From an uncultured Verrucomicrobiae bacterium (GTDB taxonomy: Bacteria > Verrucomicrobiota > Verrucomicrobiia > Palsa-1439): a DNA stretch of 64,000 bases. The stretch is taken from the NCBI GenBank assembly GCA_963812605.1, contig CAWEWF010000014.1, positions 256,001 through 320,000 on the forward strand, in the 5' to 3' direction. A model generated the notes under the pieces. It had not been told where the DNA came from. It was given only the letters and a program-made list of their open reading frames with translations, and made no database searches. Below, piece by piece: positions 30,907 to 41,936 of the stretch (positions within the stretch are counted from its first letter, which is position 1; every line of letters starts with the position of its first letter). The translations under genes and the position numbers were made by a program.

Positions 30907-32613
30907 ATGTTCGAAGGCGAAGGCGCAATACTTTCCGAACTGCTTCGCGAGCGCAATCTCGTCGGCCCCGAGCAATTTCGCGAGTTGCAGGAGGAGCACG
31001 AGCGTACCGGCAAACCGCTCTCGCAGGTCATCATCGATTTTGGCCTGGTCAGCGAAGAACAGTTGCTCCGCGCCGTGGCCGAGCACCTGAACCTGGAATA
31101 CCTGAGCCTCGAGGACATCGACATTGACAAGGCGGTGCTGCGCATTATGCCTTCCAGCGTGGCGCGCATGTATAGCGCGGTGCCGGTCGCCATCGCTGGA
31201 AACACCGTCACGGTGGCGGTGATGGATCCCTACAATCCGCAGCTTGTCGGCGAGCTTTCCTTCATCCTCGGCAAAGACGTGCAACTGGCCGTCGCGCCCT
31301 CGAAACAAATCGAGTCGACGATCCTTCGTTTCTTCGGCGAAGAGAGCGAGTCCCTGAAAGATGTGCTGGAAGACATGGAATCGCAACTCGCTTCCGCGGA
31401 AGTTGTCGAGACCGCGACGAAAACGGGCGGGACCGCGGCGCTGGAGGAATTGGCGAGCCAGGCGCCCATCGTGCGGTTCGTAAACCTGATCCTGTTCCAG
31501 GCGATCCAGGACCGGGCCAGCGATATTCACTTTGAACCGTTTGAAGACGAATTCAAGATCCGCTACCGGGTCGACGGCGCCCTGTATGAAATGGCGCCGC
31601 CACCCAAACATTTGGCACTACCGGTAATTTCGCGCATCAAAGTCATGTCCAACCTGAACATTGCCGAACGCCGCCTGCCGCAGGACGGGCGTATCCAGCT
31701 CAACATCGCCGGCAAGCAGGTGGACCTGCGTGTTTCGACATTGCCGACGCAGTACGGTGAATCCGTGGTGCTGCGCGTCCTGGACCGCACGGTGGTCAAT
31801 CTTTCGCTCGAAAGCCTGGGTATGCCGAATGATATCTTCGAGCAAACGACGGAAGTCATCAAGGCGCCCAATGGCATTTTCATCGTCACCGGGCCAACAG
31901 GATCCGGAAAGACGACGACGTTGTATTCCTGCCTGAAACGCATCAATACCATCGATATGAAACTGCTTACCTCGGAAGACCCCGTGGAATATGACATTGA
32001 GGGCATCATGCAAGTGCCGATCAACGAAGCGATCGGCCTGACGTTCGCGCGGGCACTCCGCGCTTTTCTCCGCCAGGACCCCGATATCATCATGGTCGGT
32101 GAAATGCGCGATTTGGAGACCGCGCAGATTTCGATTCAAGCCTCGCTCACAGGTCATTTGGTGTTTACGACCCTGCATACCAACGATGCGTCCGGCGCGG
32201 TCACGCGCATGATTGACATGGGGGTCGAGCCATTTCTCATCAGTTCGACATTGCAGGGCGTCCTCGCCCAGCGTCTGGTGCGAACCAGTTGCAAGAAGTG
32301 CCGGATTGCTTATGAACCGACCGAGGCGGTATTGTCGGAGTTGGGACTGACAAAGGAAGATACACAAGGGCGTCCATTTTATTACGGCAAAGGCTGCATG
32401 GAATGCAACGAGACGGGATACAAAGGCCGGAAAGGCCTGTTCGAGTTGCTCGTCATGTCGGAACCGATTCGTGAATTGATCAACATGCGCGCGCCGGCGG
32501 GTGTCCTTCGGGCCCGCGCCCTGGAGTTGGGAATGAGGACGTTGCGGGAAGACGGCATCCGCACCGTACTCGATGGAGAGACAACCGTGGAAGAGGTACT
32601 CAAGTACACATAA
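30907..32613 (+). CDS. pilB: PilB/GspE-type assembly ATPase (copy 2)
   Basis: ASDIHFEP, Walker [19 protein letters not shown]...CMEC. Confidence 0.9.
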   Translation: MFEGEGAILSELLRERNLVGPEQFRELQEEHERTGKPLSQVIIDFGLVSEEQLLRAVAEHLNLEYLSLEDIDIDKAVLRIMPSSVARMYSAVPVAIAGNTVTVAVMDPYNPQLVGELSFILGKDVQLAVAPSKQIESTILRFFGEESESLKDVLEDMESQLASAEVVETATKTGGTAALEELASQAPIVRFVNLILFQAIQDRASDIHFEPFEDEFKIRYRVDGALYEMAPPPKHLALPVISRIKVMSNLNIAERRLPQDGRIQLNIAGKQVDLRVSTLPTQYGESVVLRVLDRTVVNLSLESLGMPNDIFEQTTEVIKAPNGIFIVTGPTGSGKTTTLYSCLKRINTIDMKLLTSEDPVEYDIEGIMQVPINEAIGLTFARALRAFLRQDPDIIMVGEMRDLETAQISIQASLTGHLVFTTLHTNDASGAVTRMIDMGVEPFLISSTLQGVLAQRLVRTSCKKCRIAYEPTEAVLSELGLTKEDTQGRPFYYGKGCMECNETGYKGRKGLFELLVMSEPIRELINMRAPAGVLRARALELGMRTLREDGIRTVLDGETTVEEVLKYT

Positions 32614-32661
32614 CAGCGCCGACGCCCACCGGGCCGTGGGTGAAAAGCGCGGAGGATGGTC

Positions 32662-33952
32662 ATGCCAAAGTTCAGCTATGTAGCGTTGGATACGCGGGGC
32701 AAGGAAATCAGCGGCGTTCTGGAGAGCGAGAACACAACATCGGCGGTGAGCCGCATTCGGGAAATGGGCTACTTCCCGACAAACGTTGCCGAGACGGACA
32801 AGGTACCGGCGAAAAAGGGCGCCAAAACACCCGGATCCGCTGCGCCGGGGAGGCAAATCCGGCGCCAAGAAGGGCTTCTCCCTTCAGCTCAAGTTTCCTG
32901 GTAGTAGTGGCGTCAAAACCAAACTCTTGTCGTCCTTTACACGACAGCTCGCCACACTAATCGACGCGGGTTTGCCGTTGCTGCGCGGTCTCGAAGTACT
33001 GCGCAAGGGAGAAAAGAACGCGACGCTCAAGCACACGTTGCAACAGATCGCCGAGAGCGTTGAAGCCGGCAGCACGTTCAGCGAGGCGTTGGCACAGCAT
33101 CCGAAGGTGTTCAACCGCCTCTACGTCAACATGGTGCGCGCCGGTGAAGCGGGCGGTGTACTCGATGTCACGCTGGGTCGTCTTGCCGACTTCCAGGAAA
33201 AGGCCCAGAAGATCAAGAACAAGGTCATTGCGGCGATGGTCTACCCGGCGGTCGTCATTTTCGTGGCGCTGGCAATCGTGTCGTTCTTGATGGTCGTCAT
33301 CGTTCCCAAGTTCCAGGAAATCTTTACCGACCTGCTCGAAGGCAAGCCGCTACCGGGTCTGACCTTGTTCGTCCTGAAGGTCAGTCAGATCGTACAGCAT
33401 CAATTTTTCCTGGTTGCCGGCAGCATTGCCGGGTTGGTGGTTGCGATCAAGATGATCGGCAAGACCGAGAAGGGACGGTTCTACCTGGACAAGATCAAAC
33501 TGAACGCCCCGATGTTCGGGCAATTGATCCGCAAGGTGGGCATCGCCCGTTTTACCCGCACCTTGGGGACACTGATCGCCAGCGGCGTGCCGATTCTGCA
33601 GGCGCTCAACATCGTGCGAGAAACCTCGGGCAACGCCGTGATTGCGAAGGCGGTCTCGCAGGTCCACGATGCCGTGAAAGAGGGCGAACGCATTGTGCAG
33701 CCGCTGGAGGCTTCGGGAGTATTCCCGCCGATGGTGATCAGCATGGTGGACGTTGGCGAGGAAACCGGCGCCCTGCCCGACATGCTCATGAAGGTGGCGG
33801 ACGTTTATGATGATGAAGTGGACAATGCGGTGACGGCAATCACTTCCTTGCTGGAGCCGATCATGATTGTCTTCCTGGCCGTCGTCGTCGGCACCATCGT
33901 CATTGCGATGTTCATGCCGCTGATCAGCGTTATCGGTTCGCTGGGCAGTTAG
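32662..33952 (+). CDS. pilC: PilC/GspF inner-membrane platform protein (frameshift near 32850)
   Basis: MPKFSYVALD; FTRQLATLIDAGLPL, MVRAGEAGG, VGEETG, LLEPIMIV. Confidence 0.9.
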
Positions 33953-33974
33953 GCTGCGGGAATTTGAGCAGCGG

Positions 33975-34004
33975 GCGGCGGTCTTGCGCAAGCGGGACCG
34001 CCGC
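33975..34004. terminator. Hairpin between convergent pilC and exonuclease genes
   Basis: gcggcggtc...gaccgccgc 9-bp stem followed by ttcatttt. Confidence 0.5.
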
Positions 34005-34005
34005 T

Positions 34006-34902
34006 TCATTTTGCCGCGAAGAGATCCGGCTCACTCGGGGCGGATGGTCCTGTCAACTCCGCCAGCAGGGATTTGAACCCGAATCGGCGATAGAGGACGG
34101 CAAGGGCCGCGGAATCCGGCGGCTGAACCTTCAAAGTCTCCAGGTCACCGGGAAGCGAAAGATCGGTTTGGAGGGCGATCAACTGTCGATTGATCCGCAG
34201 TCTCTCCGCCGACGCCAGCAGAGCCTCGCGAATCTTTGGTCTGACAATCTCGGAGGCGCGGGCCAACAAATCGTCCAAGGTGCCATACGCTTGCAGCAAT
34301 TGGGCAGCGGTTTTCTCGCCAACACCAGGCACACCGGGGATGTTATCGACCGAATCGCCCAACAAGCTGAGCAAATCAACCATCTGTCCGGGGGTGACGC
34401 CGAAGCGCGCCTTGACGCCCTCGGGATCGACGATAATGGTCTCTTTGCCATCCGGTCGAAGAAGGCGGATACGCGGCCCGATGATTTGCATAAAATCCTT
34501 GTCGTTGCTGGCAATCAACACGCTGCGGTCGGTGTTCGCCGCTTGCACGGCAAGAGTGGCAATTATGTCATCCGCCTCGTCGCCTTCCAATTCTACGATC
34601 GGGATGCGTAGAGCCTGGAGAATCTCGCGGATTGCGGGAAGCTGCCTGTCGAGATCGGGGGGGGTAGGGGGGCGTTGCGCCTTGTAACTCGGTAACAGCG
34701 TAAGCCGCTTTTGCGGGGCGCCAAGGTCAAAGACAGCGGCGTGGTGGGACGGATTGTGGTCCACAATCATTTTCTTGAGCATCTTGGTCAGGCCGAAGAT
34801 GGCGTTGACGGGCGCGCCGTCCGGGCCCGTAAGGACGCGAATGGCGAAGAATGCGCGATAAATCAGCGAGTAGGCGTCATAAAGAAGGACGGTTTCGGCC
34901 AT
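34006..34902 (-). CDS. Stand-alone 5'-3' exonuclease / flap endonuclease (PolA N-terminal domain only)
   Basis: LLYDAYSLIYRAFFA, YKAQR, EADDIIAT, SNDKD, GDSVDNIPGVPGVGEKTA; ends at ~298 aa with no polymerase domain. Confidence 0.9.
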   Translation of the reverse strand: MAETVLLYDAYSLIYRAFFAIRVLTGPDGAPVNAIFGLTKMLKKMIVDHNPSHHAAVFDLGAPQKRLTLLPSYKAQRPPTPPDLDRQLPAIREILQALRIPIVELEGDEADDIIATLAVQAANTDRSVLIASNDKDFMQIIGPRIRLLRPDGKETIIVDPEGVKARFGVTPGQMVDLLSLLGDSVDNIPGVPGVGEKTAAQLLQAYGTLDDLLARASEIVRPKIREALLASAERLRINRQLIALQTDLSLPGDLETLKVQPPDSAALAVLYRRFGFKSLLAELTGPSAPSEPDLFAAK

Positions 34903-34989
34903 GCCCCGTGAACGTATCATGTCGCCGGAGATAAAACAACACGGTCCAAGCCGAGGCCTGGAGCCGGGTCGTTCGTACGTGATCGCCAA

Positions 34990-37518
34990 CTAGCGGGCGG
35001 CGGAAGTTATCGGCGAACGATTGATCGGGTTGCCGGCTGGATCGATCAGCCGCGCTGTGACGAAAATGAGCAGGTTACGCTTGGATCGAGATGTGGTCTT
35101 GCTCTGGAACAAACGACCGACAATCGGCAGATCACCAAGGAACGGGACTTTATCATCGATTTTTTGGAGATTTTCCGTGATGAGCCCGCCGAGCACCACC
35201 GTTTGGCCGTCATAGATCAGGATGCTGGTGGTCAGGTTTTCACTGGAGAAGAGCGGCTGCTTGATGTCGTTAAAGGTGGTGACAACATTGTTGCCCGCGC
35301 CAATGGCAATCGGGCCGCCATAATTGATAAAGCCCAGGAACTGGGAAACTTCCGGGACCAAGGTAAGGTTGATCGTGCGCCCATCCGCACCCACGGTGGG
35401 GGTGACATTCAGGAGCACACCCACTTCACGCGTCTTGAAGCTGCCCGGCGTGGATGGAGTCACACCCACCGCGCCGCCGCCGGCCGTACCGCCGCCTGCG
35501 GCGACAACCTGGGGTGGTTGAAACTCCGTCGGATAAATGAATTCTTGAATGACGCGGATTTGCGCCTGCGCGCCGCTGATCGTGGTTACCTTGGGCGAGG
35601 AGAGAGTGTCCGCGCTTTGCTTTTGGGCCAGGGCATTGATCATGACCTGGAACTGCGGGTTGGTCAGGATACCGCGAATGGTTCCCACGGTGGACTGCGG
35701 TGAGGTGACGGTGCCAAAGCCCGCTCCCGCCAGTAGGGCATCGATGGCGTTGGCCTGAATGGTACTGGGACCACGAAGGCCGGACGTTATATCCTCACTC
35801 GGACTTGAAAGAGCGCCGCTACCCGGCGGGAATGCCTCGCCGCCGTTGCCGCCGGTGGCGTCGAAGCTGCCCAACGTCTTGGTGCCAACCTGCCAGTCGA
35901 ATCCAAGTTCGTCCAGGTCGGTCTGTGAGATTTCCACGAACTTCGCATCGATCTCGACCTGCTTGGGAGCGATGCTGTAGGCGTTGAGCACGCGCTCAAA
36001 AATCTCCAGGTTCTCGGGTGTGTTGCGAATAATGATGGTGCTGGTACGGTCGTTATAAACCAGACTGGATCCCGGCGGGAAAGGAACGCCGGCCTCGGTG
36101 AAGATGGCTTTGATGTCACCGACCGAGACAGTGGTATTACCAACGCCAAGGGCACGATATTCCGACTGGCTGGTCGCTGCAGCGGCTGCGGGTGGCCCGG
36201 AGAGCACGGTTTTGAACGCGCCTGGTTCGACGCTATAGGAGCGCGTGACGAGATCGCCCGGGGCGGCGTCAATGGGCAGCACGATGACAGCGCTGGGCTC
36301 GACCCGGTACTTCAAATTGGCGAGCGTCGTCACGTATTTCAGCGCATCGATCAGCGGCACATTGCGCAAAGAAAGTGTAATTTTGCGGCCTTCGATCTCA
36401 CCGGCATTTCCGGCGCCAGCCGGTTGGGCGGCTTCCGGCGCCGCGCCGGGAGCCGCGGGCGCGGGGGCGGGAGCGGCTGCCGGGGCGCCCGGGGTCACAA
36501 TACCGCCGCCCAAAACGATATTTACGCCCACCTTCTCCGGATCAAGCCGCCGGCTTTCGTCGCTGAGAAAGGTGATGACGTCACTGACCACCGCCTCGCG
36601 GTAGTTGATTTCAGGGACAATGATCTCGTTCAGTTTCTTCAGGATTCCCTGCTGGCGCACGGCTTCACGACCGATGACTCCGTTGTCTCTTTCAGGCACA
36701 GGGGCCTGCAATTCGTGACTGGTTGGCGGGACCCAGGCGTCCGTGACCTGCCAGAGAAGATGCGTGCGCGATGTGTCGGCGGCACCTATCCCGATGTCGG
36801 TGCGCGTCTTGTCGAGGGATTTGAGGAGGGCGGAAGCATCCGCATTATAGGGGTCAAGCAGAAGAATCTGCTGGAAACGTCGTTCGGCCTCGTCGTATTG
36901 CCCGGAATTCATCAAAATCTTGCCTTCGCGGAAGAGCTTCTTGATCTGGTCTTTTCTGGCCAGGAATTCGGGCGTCTTATCAGGCTCAGGACCGGTAGAA
37001 GAGCTGGTGGCGGTAGAAGCCGGGGACTGCCCTGAAGCGGCAACCTTGGGTGTTGATTCGAGCTTTCTGGTTTTGACGATGACGTTCTCCGCGGCGCGGT
37101 TCTTGGGATCGTATTCCAAGGCCTTTTGGGCCATTTGGCGGGCCTTCGTGTAATCGCCCGCTTGGAAAGCGGCATCCGCGAGGCGCGAGTAACAAGTGGT
37201 CAGGCTTTGTACCGCGCGCGAATAATCGATTTCCGTGGCTTGCGCACGCGGGAGAATTTTGATGGCTTCTTCCAGCTTGGCGGCGGCCTCTTCGTATTTG
37301 CCGCTGTAGTAAAGCTTCTCTCCCTGATCGATCAACTTCCGCGCAGTGATCTGGGCCTCCTGGCGGCGGACAACCTCTTCTCGGGCAGCCTGTTCCGGGG
37401 TCGTTGAACTGGGGGAGGAAGTTGCTGTAGCCGCCGGCAGATTCGTAGACGCGATCAAGGCCGCACCGCTCGCGAGCAGTACCAATAAGATTCTTCTTGT
37501 CATAGACGATGTCTCCAT
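34990..37518 (-). CDS. Secretin with N-terminal TPR repeats (Amuc_1098-like)
   Basis: TPRs; QVEIDAKFVE, ELGFDW, LSSPKVTT, DKVPFLGDLPIVGRLF, RNLLIFVTARLID. Confidence 0.9.
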   Translation of the reverse strand: METSSMTRRILLVLLASGAALIASTNLPAATATSSPSSTTPEQAAREEVVRRQEAQITARKLIDQGEKLYYSGKYEEAAAKLEEAIKILPRAQATEIDYSRAVQSLTTCYSRLADAAFQAGDYTKARQMAQKALEYDPKNRAAENVIVKTRKLESTPKVAASGQSPASTATSSSTGPEPDKTPEFLARKDQIKKLFREGKILMNSGQYDEAERRFQQILLLDPYNADASALLKSLDKTRTDIGIGAADTSRTHLLWQVTDAWVPPTSHELQAPVPERDNGVIGREAVRQQGILKKLNEIIVPEINYREAVVSDVITFLSDESRRLDPEKVGVNIVLGGGIVTPGAPAAAPAPAPAAPGAAPEAAQPAGAGNAGEIEGRKITLSLRNVPLIDALKYVTTLANLKYRVEPSAVIVLPIDAAPGDLVTRSYSVEPGAFKTVLSGPPAAAAATSQSEYRALGVGNTTVSVGDIKAIFTEAGVPFPPGSSLVYNDRTSTIIIRNTPENLEIFERVLNAYSIAPKQVEIDAKFVEISQTDLDELGFDWQVGTKTLGSFDATGGNGGEAFPPGSGALSSPSEDITSGLRGPSTIQANAIDALLAGAGFGTVTSPQSTVGTIRGILTNPQFQVMINALAQKQSADTLSSPKVTTISGAQAQIRVIQEFIYPTEFQPPQVVAAGGGTAGGGAVGVTPSTPGSFKTREVGVLLNVTPTVGADGRTINLTLVPEVSQFLGFINYGGPIAIGAGNNVVTTFNDIKQPLFSSENLTTSILIYDGQTVVLGGLITENLQKIDDKVPFLGDLPIVGRLFQSKTTSRSKRNLLIFVTARLIDPAGNPINRSPITSAAR

Positions 37519-37602
37519 TCCGTTCTCACTCGCTCGAGGCGCCACGGGCACATCTTCTCAAAGCATAAATCGGTAGTCCATGAGATTCGTACGCAGGGCG
37601 GA

Positions 37603-38413
37603 CTACTTCTCTTGGGATTTGATGATGTGCGGCTCTCCTGTCTGCTGGTCATTGATTACCATCTGCTTCAGATCGATGTCAACGACTTTGTAAGTCTTTC
37701 CGGTGCACTGGATCAGTTGCCCGCGGCGGTACTCCCGGGTCTGGCTGGCGACATCACAGCGGACCTGGGCCACCGGCTCCTCTTCCACGCCAGCCTGTCC
37801 CAAAACGAGGGCCTTCGGGTTGTTCCCGGGATGCTGCACCGTCAACTCCGAGACATCAATATCGTGTTTCCCGCCAAGGGCCGGGTCGTCCACGGTCCTT
37901 GATTTTTTCTCGAACTTCACGACTTTGTAGCCCGTGTCCTCGTAACGGTCCTTGATGGCGTCCCCGACCGACCGAATAAAAAAGGAGTGGGCGCGAAACT
38001 GGAAATTAAGCTGGAAATTATACCCCTCTTTTTTGTCGGCATCGTAGGAGTACGTCTTGAAAAGCAGGGTGAACGGTTTGTGGACGACGGCAATGAGGAT
38101 GGGGAGACCGTTCGTTGCGCCCGTAATATCGATGAAGTTCGTCTTGCGCTCTACGTACGCCTGTTGGGAAAAAATGCGCGGTGGTTCGTTCGTCGTCCAC
38201 AGGGGTGGATCCGCCAATAGTTGGATCGCGGTCGAGTAGGCTTGCAAGGGAATGTGCGCTGTGAGTCTCGGGTTTGGGCGCGCGACGGGGTGCTTCATTG
38301 AGTTCCGTACTGAGCGCGCTGACTTTCAAGGAAAGAAAAACTGCCGAGACGATCAGCAGGACCAGCGCGGCGGCCAGCGTGATCTTCTCGTAATGTTTCT
38401 TCAGAAAATCCAT
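37603..38413 (-). CDS. Amuc_1099-like pilus system protein (frameshift near 38270)
   Basis: MDFLKKHYEK N-terminus with TM; YKVVKFEKK...DVSELTV; position in cluster. Confidence 0.7.
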
Positions 38414-38437
38414 GTCGAATCCTTCAGCCTGCGCCGA

Positions 38438-39375
38438 TTACGCATCCGGCTTTCCCATTTCGGGCCTTCCCGCTTCAGGTTTGCCCGTTGGCTTGCTGGG
38501 AAATTCGATCAAATCAATCCGCACTACCACCGACAGGCGGGTGCGTTTTGGCGTGGAAAGCGTGGCCGCCGCGGCGGCCCCGCCGGTGGGCGGCGCCGGT
38601 GCCTTATCCGGCGGGGGCGATTCGCCGGTGACCTGCACCTTGCGGACCGCAAAAAACCAATCGGATTTCGTGACACCATTGAGAAAGTCACGGAGCGCCT
38701 CTGGCGTGCAATCGAACTGAAATTCAAATGGCAACACTTGATAGAGCGCGTTGGGATCGTTGACGATGGGCACATCCAGCGTGTCGGGGCCACCGGTCGG
38801 CTCGACTTCCGAGCGGCGAATCACGTTGATGTCATCCACGTGGCTTTCGATCAGCAAAGTACTGATCTTTTCGATCGCGCGAAGTTGTTTCACCAACAAG
38901 GTCACGACGCGCTTGGTGTCCTCTTCGGAAAGATTGCGGGCTGGGATGGCCGGCGGCGAACCGGCGTAACGATTAAATCCGAAAGGCAAATCCTTCCACG
39001 ATTTTGACGCCGCGCAGCATCGGCCGCCTGGCGCAATTTAGCCAACTGGGAGGCCATCATTTGCAGGAAGGCAACCGGCCGCAAATCTGGCGGCGTGTGA
39101 ATCCGGCTTTGGGTGACCTTGGCCAGAAGTTCCTGATACAACTGGTTAACCTGCGCCCGATCCTGCTTCAGGATGTCAATATTCGCGGGCGTCGGAGCGG
39201 GTTTGGTCTGGAGCAGATGGTTAAGTTGCGACATCTGCTCTTCCAGGGCGGCATCGATTTCCGCCTTCTTGCCCGAGGCTTCGTGCTGGAGCCAGATGAC
39301 CACGCCGAGCACGATAACGAACGCCGCGACAAACGCGACGAGCATGGCATGTTGTTTGAGCCACTTGGCGTTCAT
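38438..39375 (-). CDS. Amuc_1100-like (PilO-like) pilus protein (frameshifts near 38985 and 39015)
   Basis: N-terminal TM and coiled coil; FGFNRY, LPFEFQFDCTPEALRDFLN...FFAVR; lies between PilM-like gene and secretin. Confidence 0.75.
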
Positions 39376-39376
39376 G

Positions 39377-41158
39377 TCACATCGGGAGTGGTTTTGCGAG
39401 TTTGGCTCGCACCGTGAAGGTAAAGGTTTGGCCCTGCAACATCGGATTGGGCGGCACGTCGATCACCACGCCGGCTTTGTCATAAAAATTTGTCGATTGG
39501 CTCAGGCTCTGTTTGAAATCTTCGACTAATTGAATGTCCCGCTCGGGATTCTCCGGGGAATGGATTCCCGCGCCTTCAATGCGGAGTTCGCCAATGGTCC
39601 TGGGATTGCCGGCGGACGAAGAGCTGCTTGGGCTGGGATTTTCTGCGTCACTATCTTCGGCCCCGGGGCGCGTGCGACCACGGCCACCACGCGAGGACGG
39701 TGGCGCGGCTGCCGGGCCGCTGGAAGCCGTTTCTGCCTGTGGCGTAAGCGAGACGATCCAAATATTGGAGCCGAGACGCTCGTTGAGGTCCTGGAGCAAT
39801 TCCGGCCAGAGCGAGCGTTGATGGACCAGCGCTACGATCTGGTCCGCCTTGCCGTTGAGTTCGGCGAGCTGACTCTGCTCACGGGCCAGTTTTTGGCTGA
39901 GATCGTTGAGATTGTTGACCTTATCCGTCGCGACATCCAATTGGCGCCTCGTCAGGTTCATGGTCTTTTGCGTGTAACCCAACCAACACAGCGGGATAAG
40001 CAGGACGCAGACTCCCGCCGCGGCCAGGTAGGGGCGCTTGTGTCCCATTTGTTGGCGGTTACGGACGGAGTTGGGGAGGAGATCGACCTCGATGGGGCAT
40101 TCGGTGTGCTTGCGCAGCCCCAAGCCGACGACTTCGCCAAAGAAATGGGCGGAACGGGCCAGTTCCTCCCGCGGAATATGTGGGTCGATCTCCACGTTGC
40201 GAAAGGGATTGAAGTATTCAATCTCGGTCTGGATTTTCTCCTTAAAGAAACGGTCCGTGTAGGGGATGATCGAGCTTCCGCCGGAGAGCAGCACGCGCGC
40301 GGGCGAGCTGCCGCCCTGTTGACCTTTATAGAAATTGATCGAACGGGCAATCTCGGCGTGCAGCCGGGTCATTACATTGCGGATGATTTTGCTGACCCGC
40401 GCTTGCGTTTCGCTCTCCGGCTCTTCGTAGGCGCCACCCAGCGCGACGAATCCTTGGGCCTTTTTCATGTGCTCGGCTTCGAGGAACGGGACGCTAAACT
40501 CCGCCGCGATACTTTGGGTGATCGCATTGCCGGCGATGGGAATGGAACGCGAAAAGACCCGGTGTTGTTCCAAAAACAGAAGATTGGTTGTGCGCGCGCC
40601 GAGATCGACGACCATGGTGCAACCTTCCAGGTCGCCATAGTTGTAGCGGACCGCGTTGTATAACGCCATCGGCGCCACGTCCACCATTTCCGTACGCAAC
40701 CCGCAGGACTCGACGCCTTCGGTCAGGTCCTCGATAATGTCGCTCTTGATCGCCAGGAGCACGACCTCCAGCTCGCCTTGCGGGTTCTTGCCGAGCAACT
40801 GGTAGTCCCAGATGACTTCGTCGATCGGGAAGGGGACATTCTGCTGCGCTTCGTACTGGATGATTTGCACGACCTTCGACTCGTCAACGGGCGGCAGTTT
40901 GACAAAACGCGTAAAGACCGACTGGCCGGAGACGCTGAAAATAACATTGGTGGCCTTGATGTTCTTTTCGTGCACGATATTGCGCACGGTGGAAACGATC
41001 AGCGCCTTACGGTTCTCTTCGTGCTCGGGGTCGATGCCAAGATCGGCGAAATTAAAATTCGTGAGGCGCAGCCCATGGCCCTTGGATGCCTGAAACTCGC
41101 CAACCTTGACTGTCGAAGCGCCAATATCCAGCGCCAAAATTCGCTCGGAACCTAACAT
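39377..41158 (-). CDS. pilM: PilM (actin-like) fused to PilN-like region (Amuc_1101-like)
   Basis: ILALDIGASTVK, FTRFVKLPP, YEAQQNVPF, VVDLGARTT, LSGG; then TM, coiled coil and IWIVSL PilN-like part. Confidence 0.9.
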   Translation of the reverse strand: MLGSERILALDIGASTVKVGEFQASKGHGLRLTNFNFADLGIDPEHEENRKALIVSTVRNIVHEKNIKATNVIFSVSGQSVFTRFVKLPPVDESKVVQIIQYEAQQNVPFPIDEVIWDYQLLGKNPQGELEVVLLAIKSDIIEDLTEGVESCGLRTEMVDVAPMALYNAVRYNYGDLEGCTMVVDLGARTTNLLFLEQHRVFSRSIPIAGNAITQSIAAEFSVPFLEAEHMKKAQGFVALGGAYEEPESETQARVSKIIRNVMTRLHAEIARSINFYKGQQGGSSPARVLLSGGSSIIPYTDRFFKEKIQTEIEYFNPFRNVEIDPHIPREELARSAHFFGEVVGLGLRKHTECPIEVDLLPNSVRNRQQMGHKRPYLAAAGVCVLLIPLCWLGYTQKTMNLTRRQLDVATDKVNNLNDLSQKLAREQSQLAELNGKADQIVALVHQRSLWPELLQDLNERLGSNIWIVSLTPQAETASSGPAAAPPSSRGGRGRTRPGAEDSDAENPSPSSSSSAGNPRTIGELRIEGAGIHSPENPERDIQLVEDFKQSLSQSTNFYDKAGVVIDVPPNPMLQGQTFTFTVRAKLAKPLPM

Positions 41159-41182
41159 GAGTCGTGTGTATTCGTTTGCTGA

Positions 41183-41776
41183 TTACGGCGTCGGTTTGAG
41201 GGCCTCATAGCGATCGTAGGAGATAATCGACCACGGTGTTTGCTGGGGCGTGAGCAGGTAGCCGGGGACCGGCGTGTAGCCTTCCCACCAACGCTGGCGC
41301 GAGGCCGGTGCGCTATCCTGGTCGATCAGTTGGCCCCGGTGGAAAATCTGGACGGCGACGGATTGGACATCCCCATTGCCGTAGCGCTGGACGGTGTTGG
41401 GATGCATGAACATCGCCGAAACGTGCCGCGGTCCCTTCGCAACATTTACGTAGGTCACGTCACCGACAAACATCCGTGTGTCCCTGCCGGAGCCCAGCAG
41501 TACGTAATACTTCACTTGCACGTCGTCAGCCCACTCGGGTGTGCTGTCAAATTCCGTCTCAATCCTCAGCCATTTTTCACTCAGGGTGGTCGAACGGCTC
41601 CCGGCGCCCATGATGAGCGATCGATAATCCGGGGCGGCAACAAGTTGCTGGCGGATGGTGCGGATCTTGAGCGTGGGCCCGTTTCCCGCATCGGGAACCT
41701 GAGCAAAACTGAGAAGGGCTGGTATCAGAAACGCGACAGACAACGTGCATGTTAGTATTGTTTTTCGATCACTCAT
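41183..41776 (-). CDS. Amuc_1102-like secreted pilus-associated protein
   Basis: GGAGG RBS, signal peptide, KWLRIETEF...VKYYVLL, GYLLTPQQTPW...DRYE; first gene of the cluster. Confidence 0.75.
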   Translation of the reverse strand: MSDRKTILTCTLSVAFLIPALLSFAQVPDAGNGPTLKIRTIRQQLVAAPDYRSLIMGAGSRSTTLSEKWLRIETEFDSTPEWADDVQVKYYVLLGSGRDTRMFVGDVTYVNVAKGPRHVSAMFMHPNTVQRYGNGDVQSVAVQIFHRGQLIDQDSAPASRQRWWEGYTPVPGYLLTPQQTPWSIISYDRYEALKPTP

Positions 41777-41936
41777 TCGTGCCTCCTGCGGATACAGGCC
41801 CAATCCCGGTGCAACGGAGAATCTTCTCGTCGTTAGAATGTAAAGTGGCCTGCCACATCGGTCAACAGCAAAAGCGACGGTGCACAGATTTGTGCGCGTG
41901 GGCACGGGCATATTTGGTGCTATTTACAGCAAAGGA

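Noticed and set aside
11067-40663. Long antisense ORFs (e.g. 11067-12227, 27965-29329, 30187-31611, 31618-32868, 39530-40663) and the long N-terminal extensions of the nadD, lpxL-like and argS ORFs
   Set aside because: These are shadow frames of well-supported genes in GC-rich DNA; starts were trimmed to motif- or RBS-supported positions.
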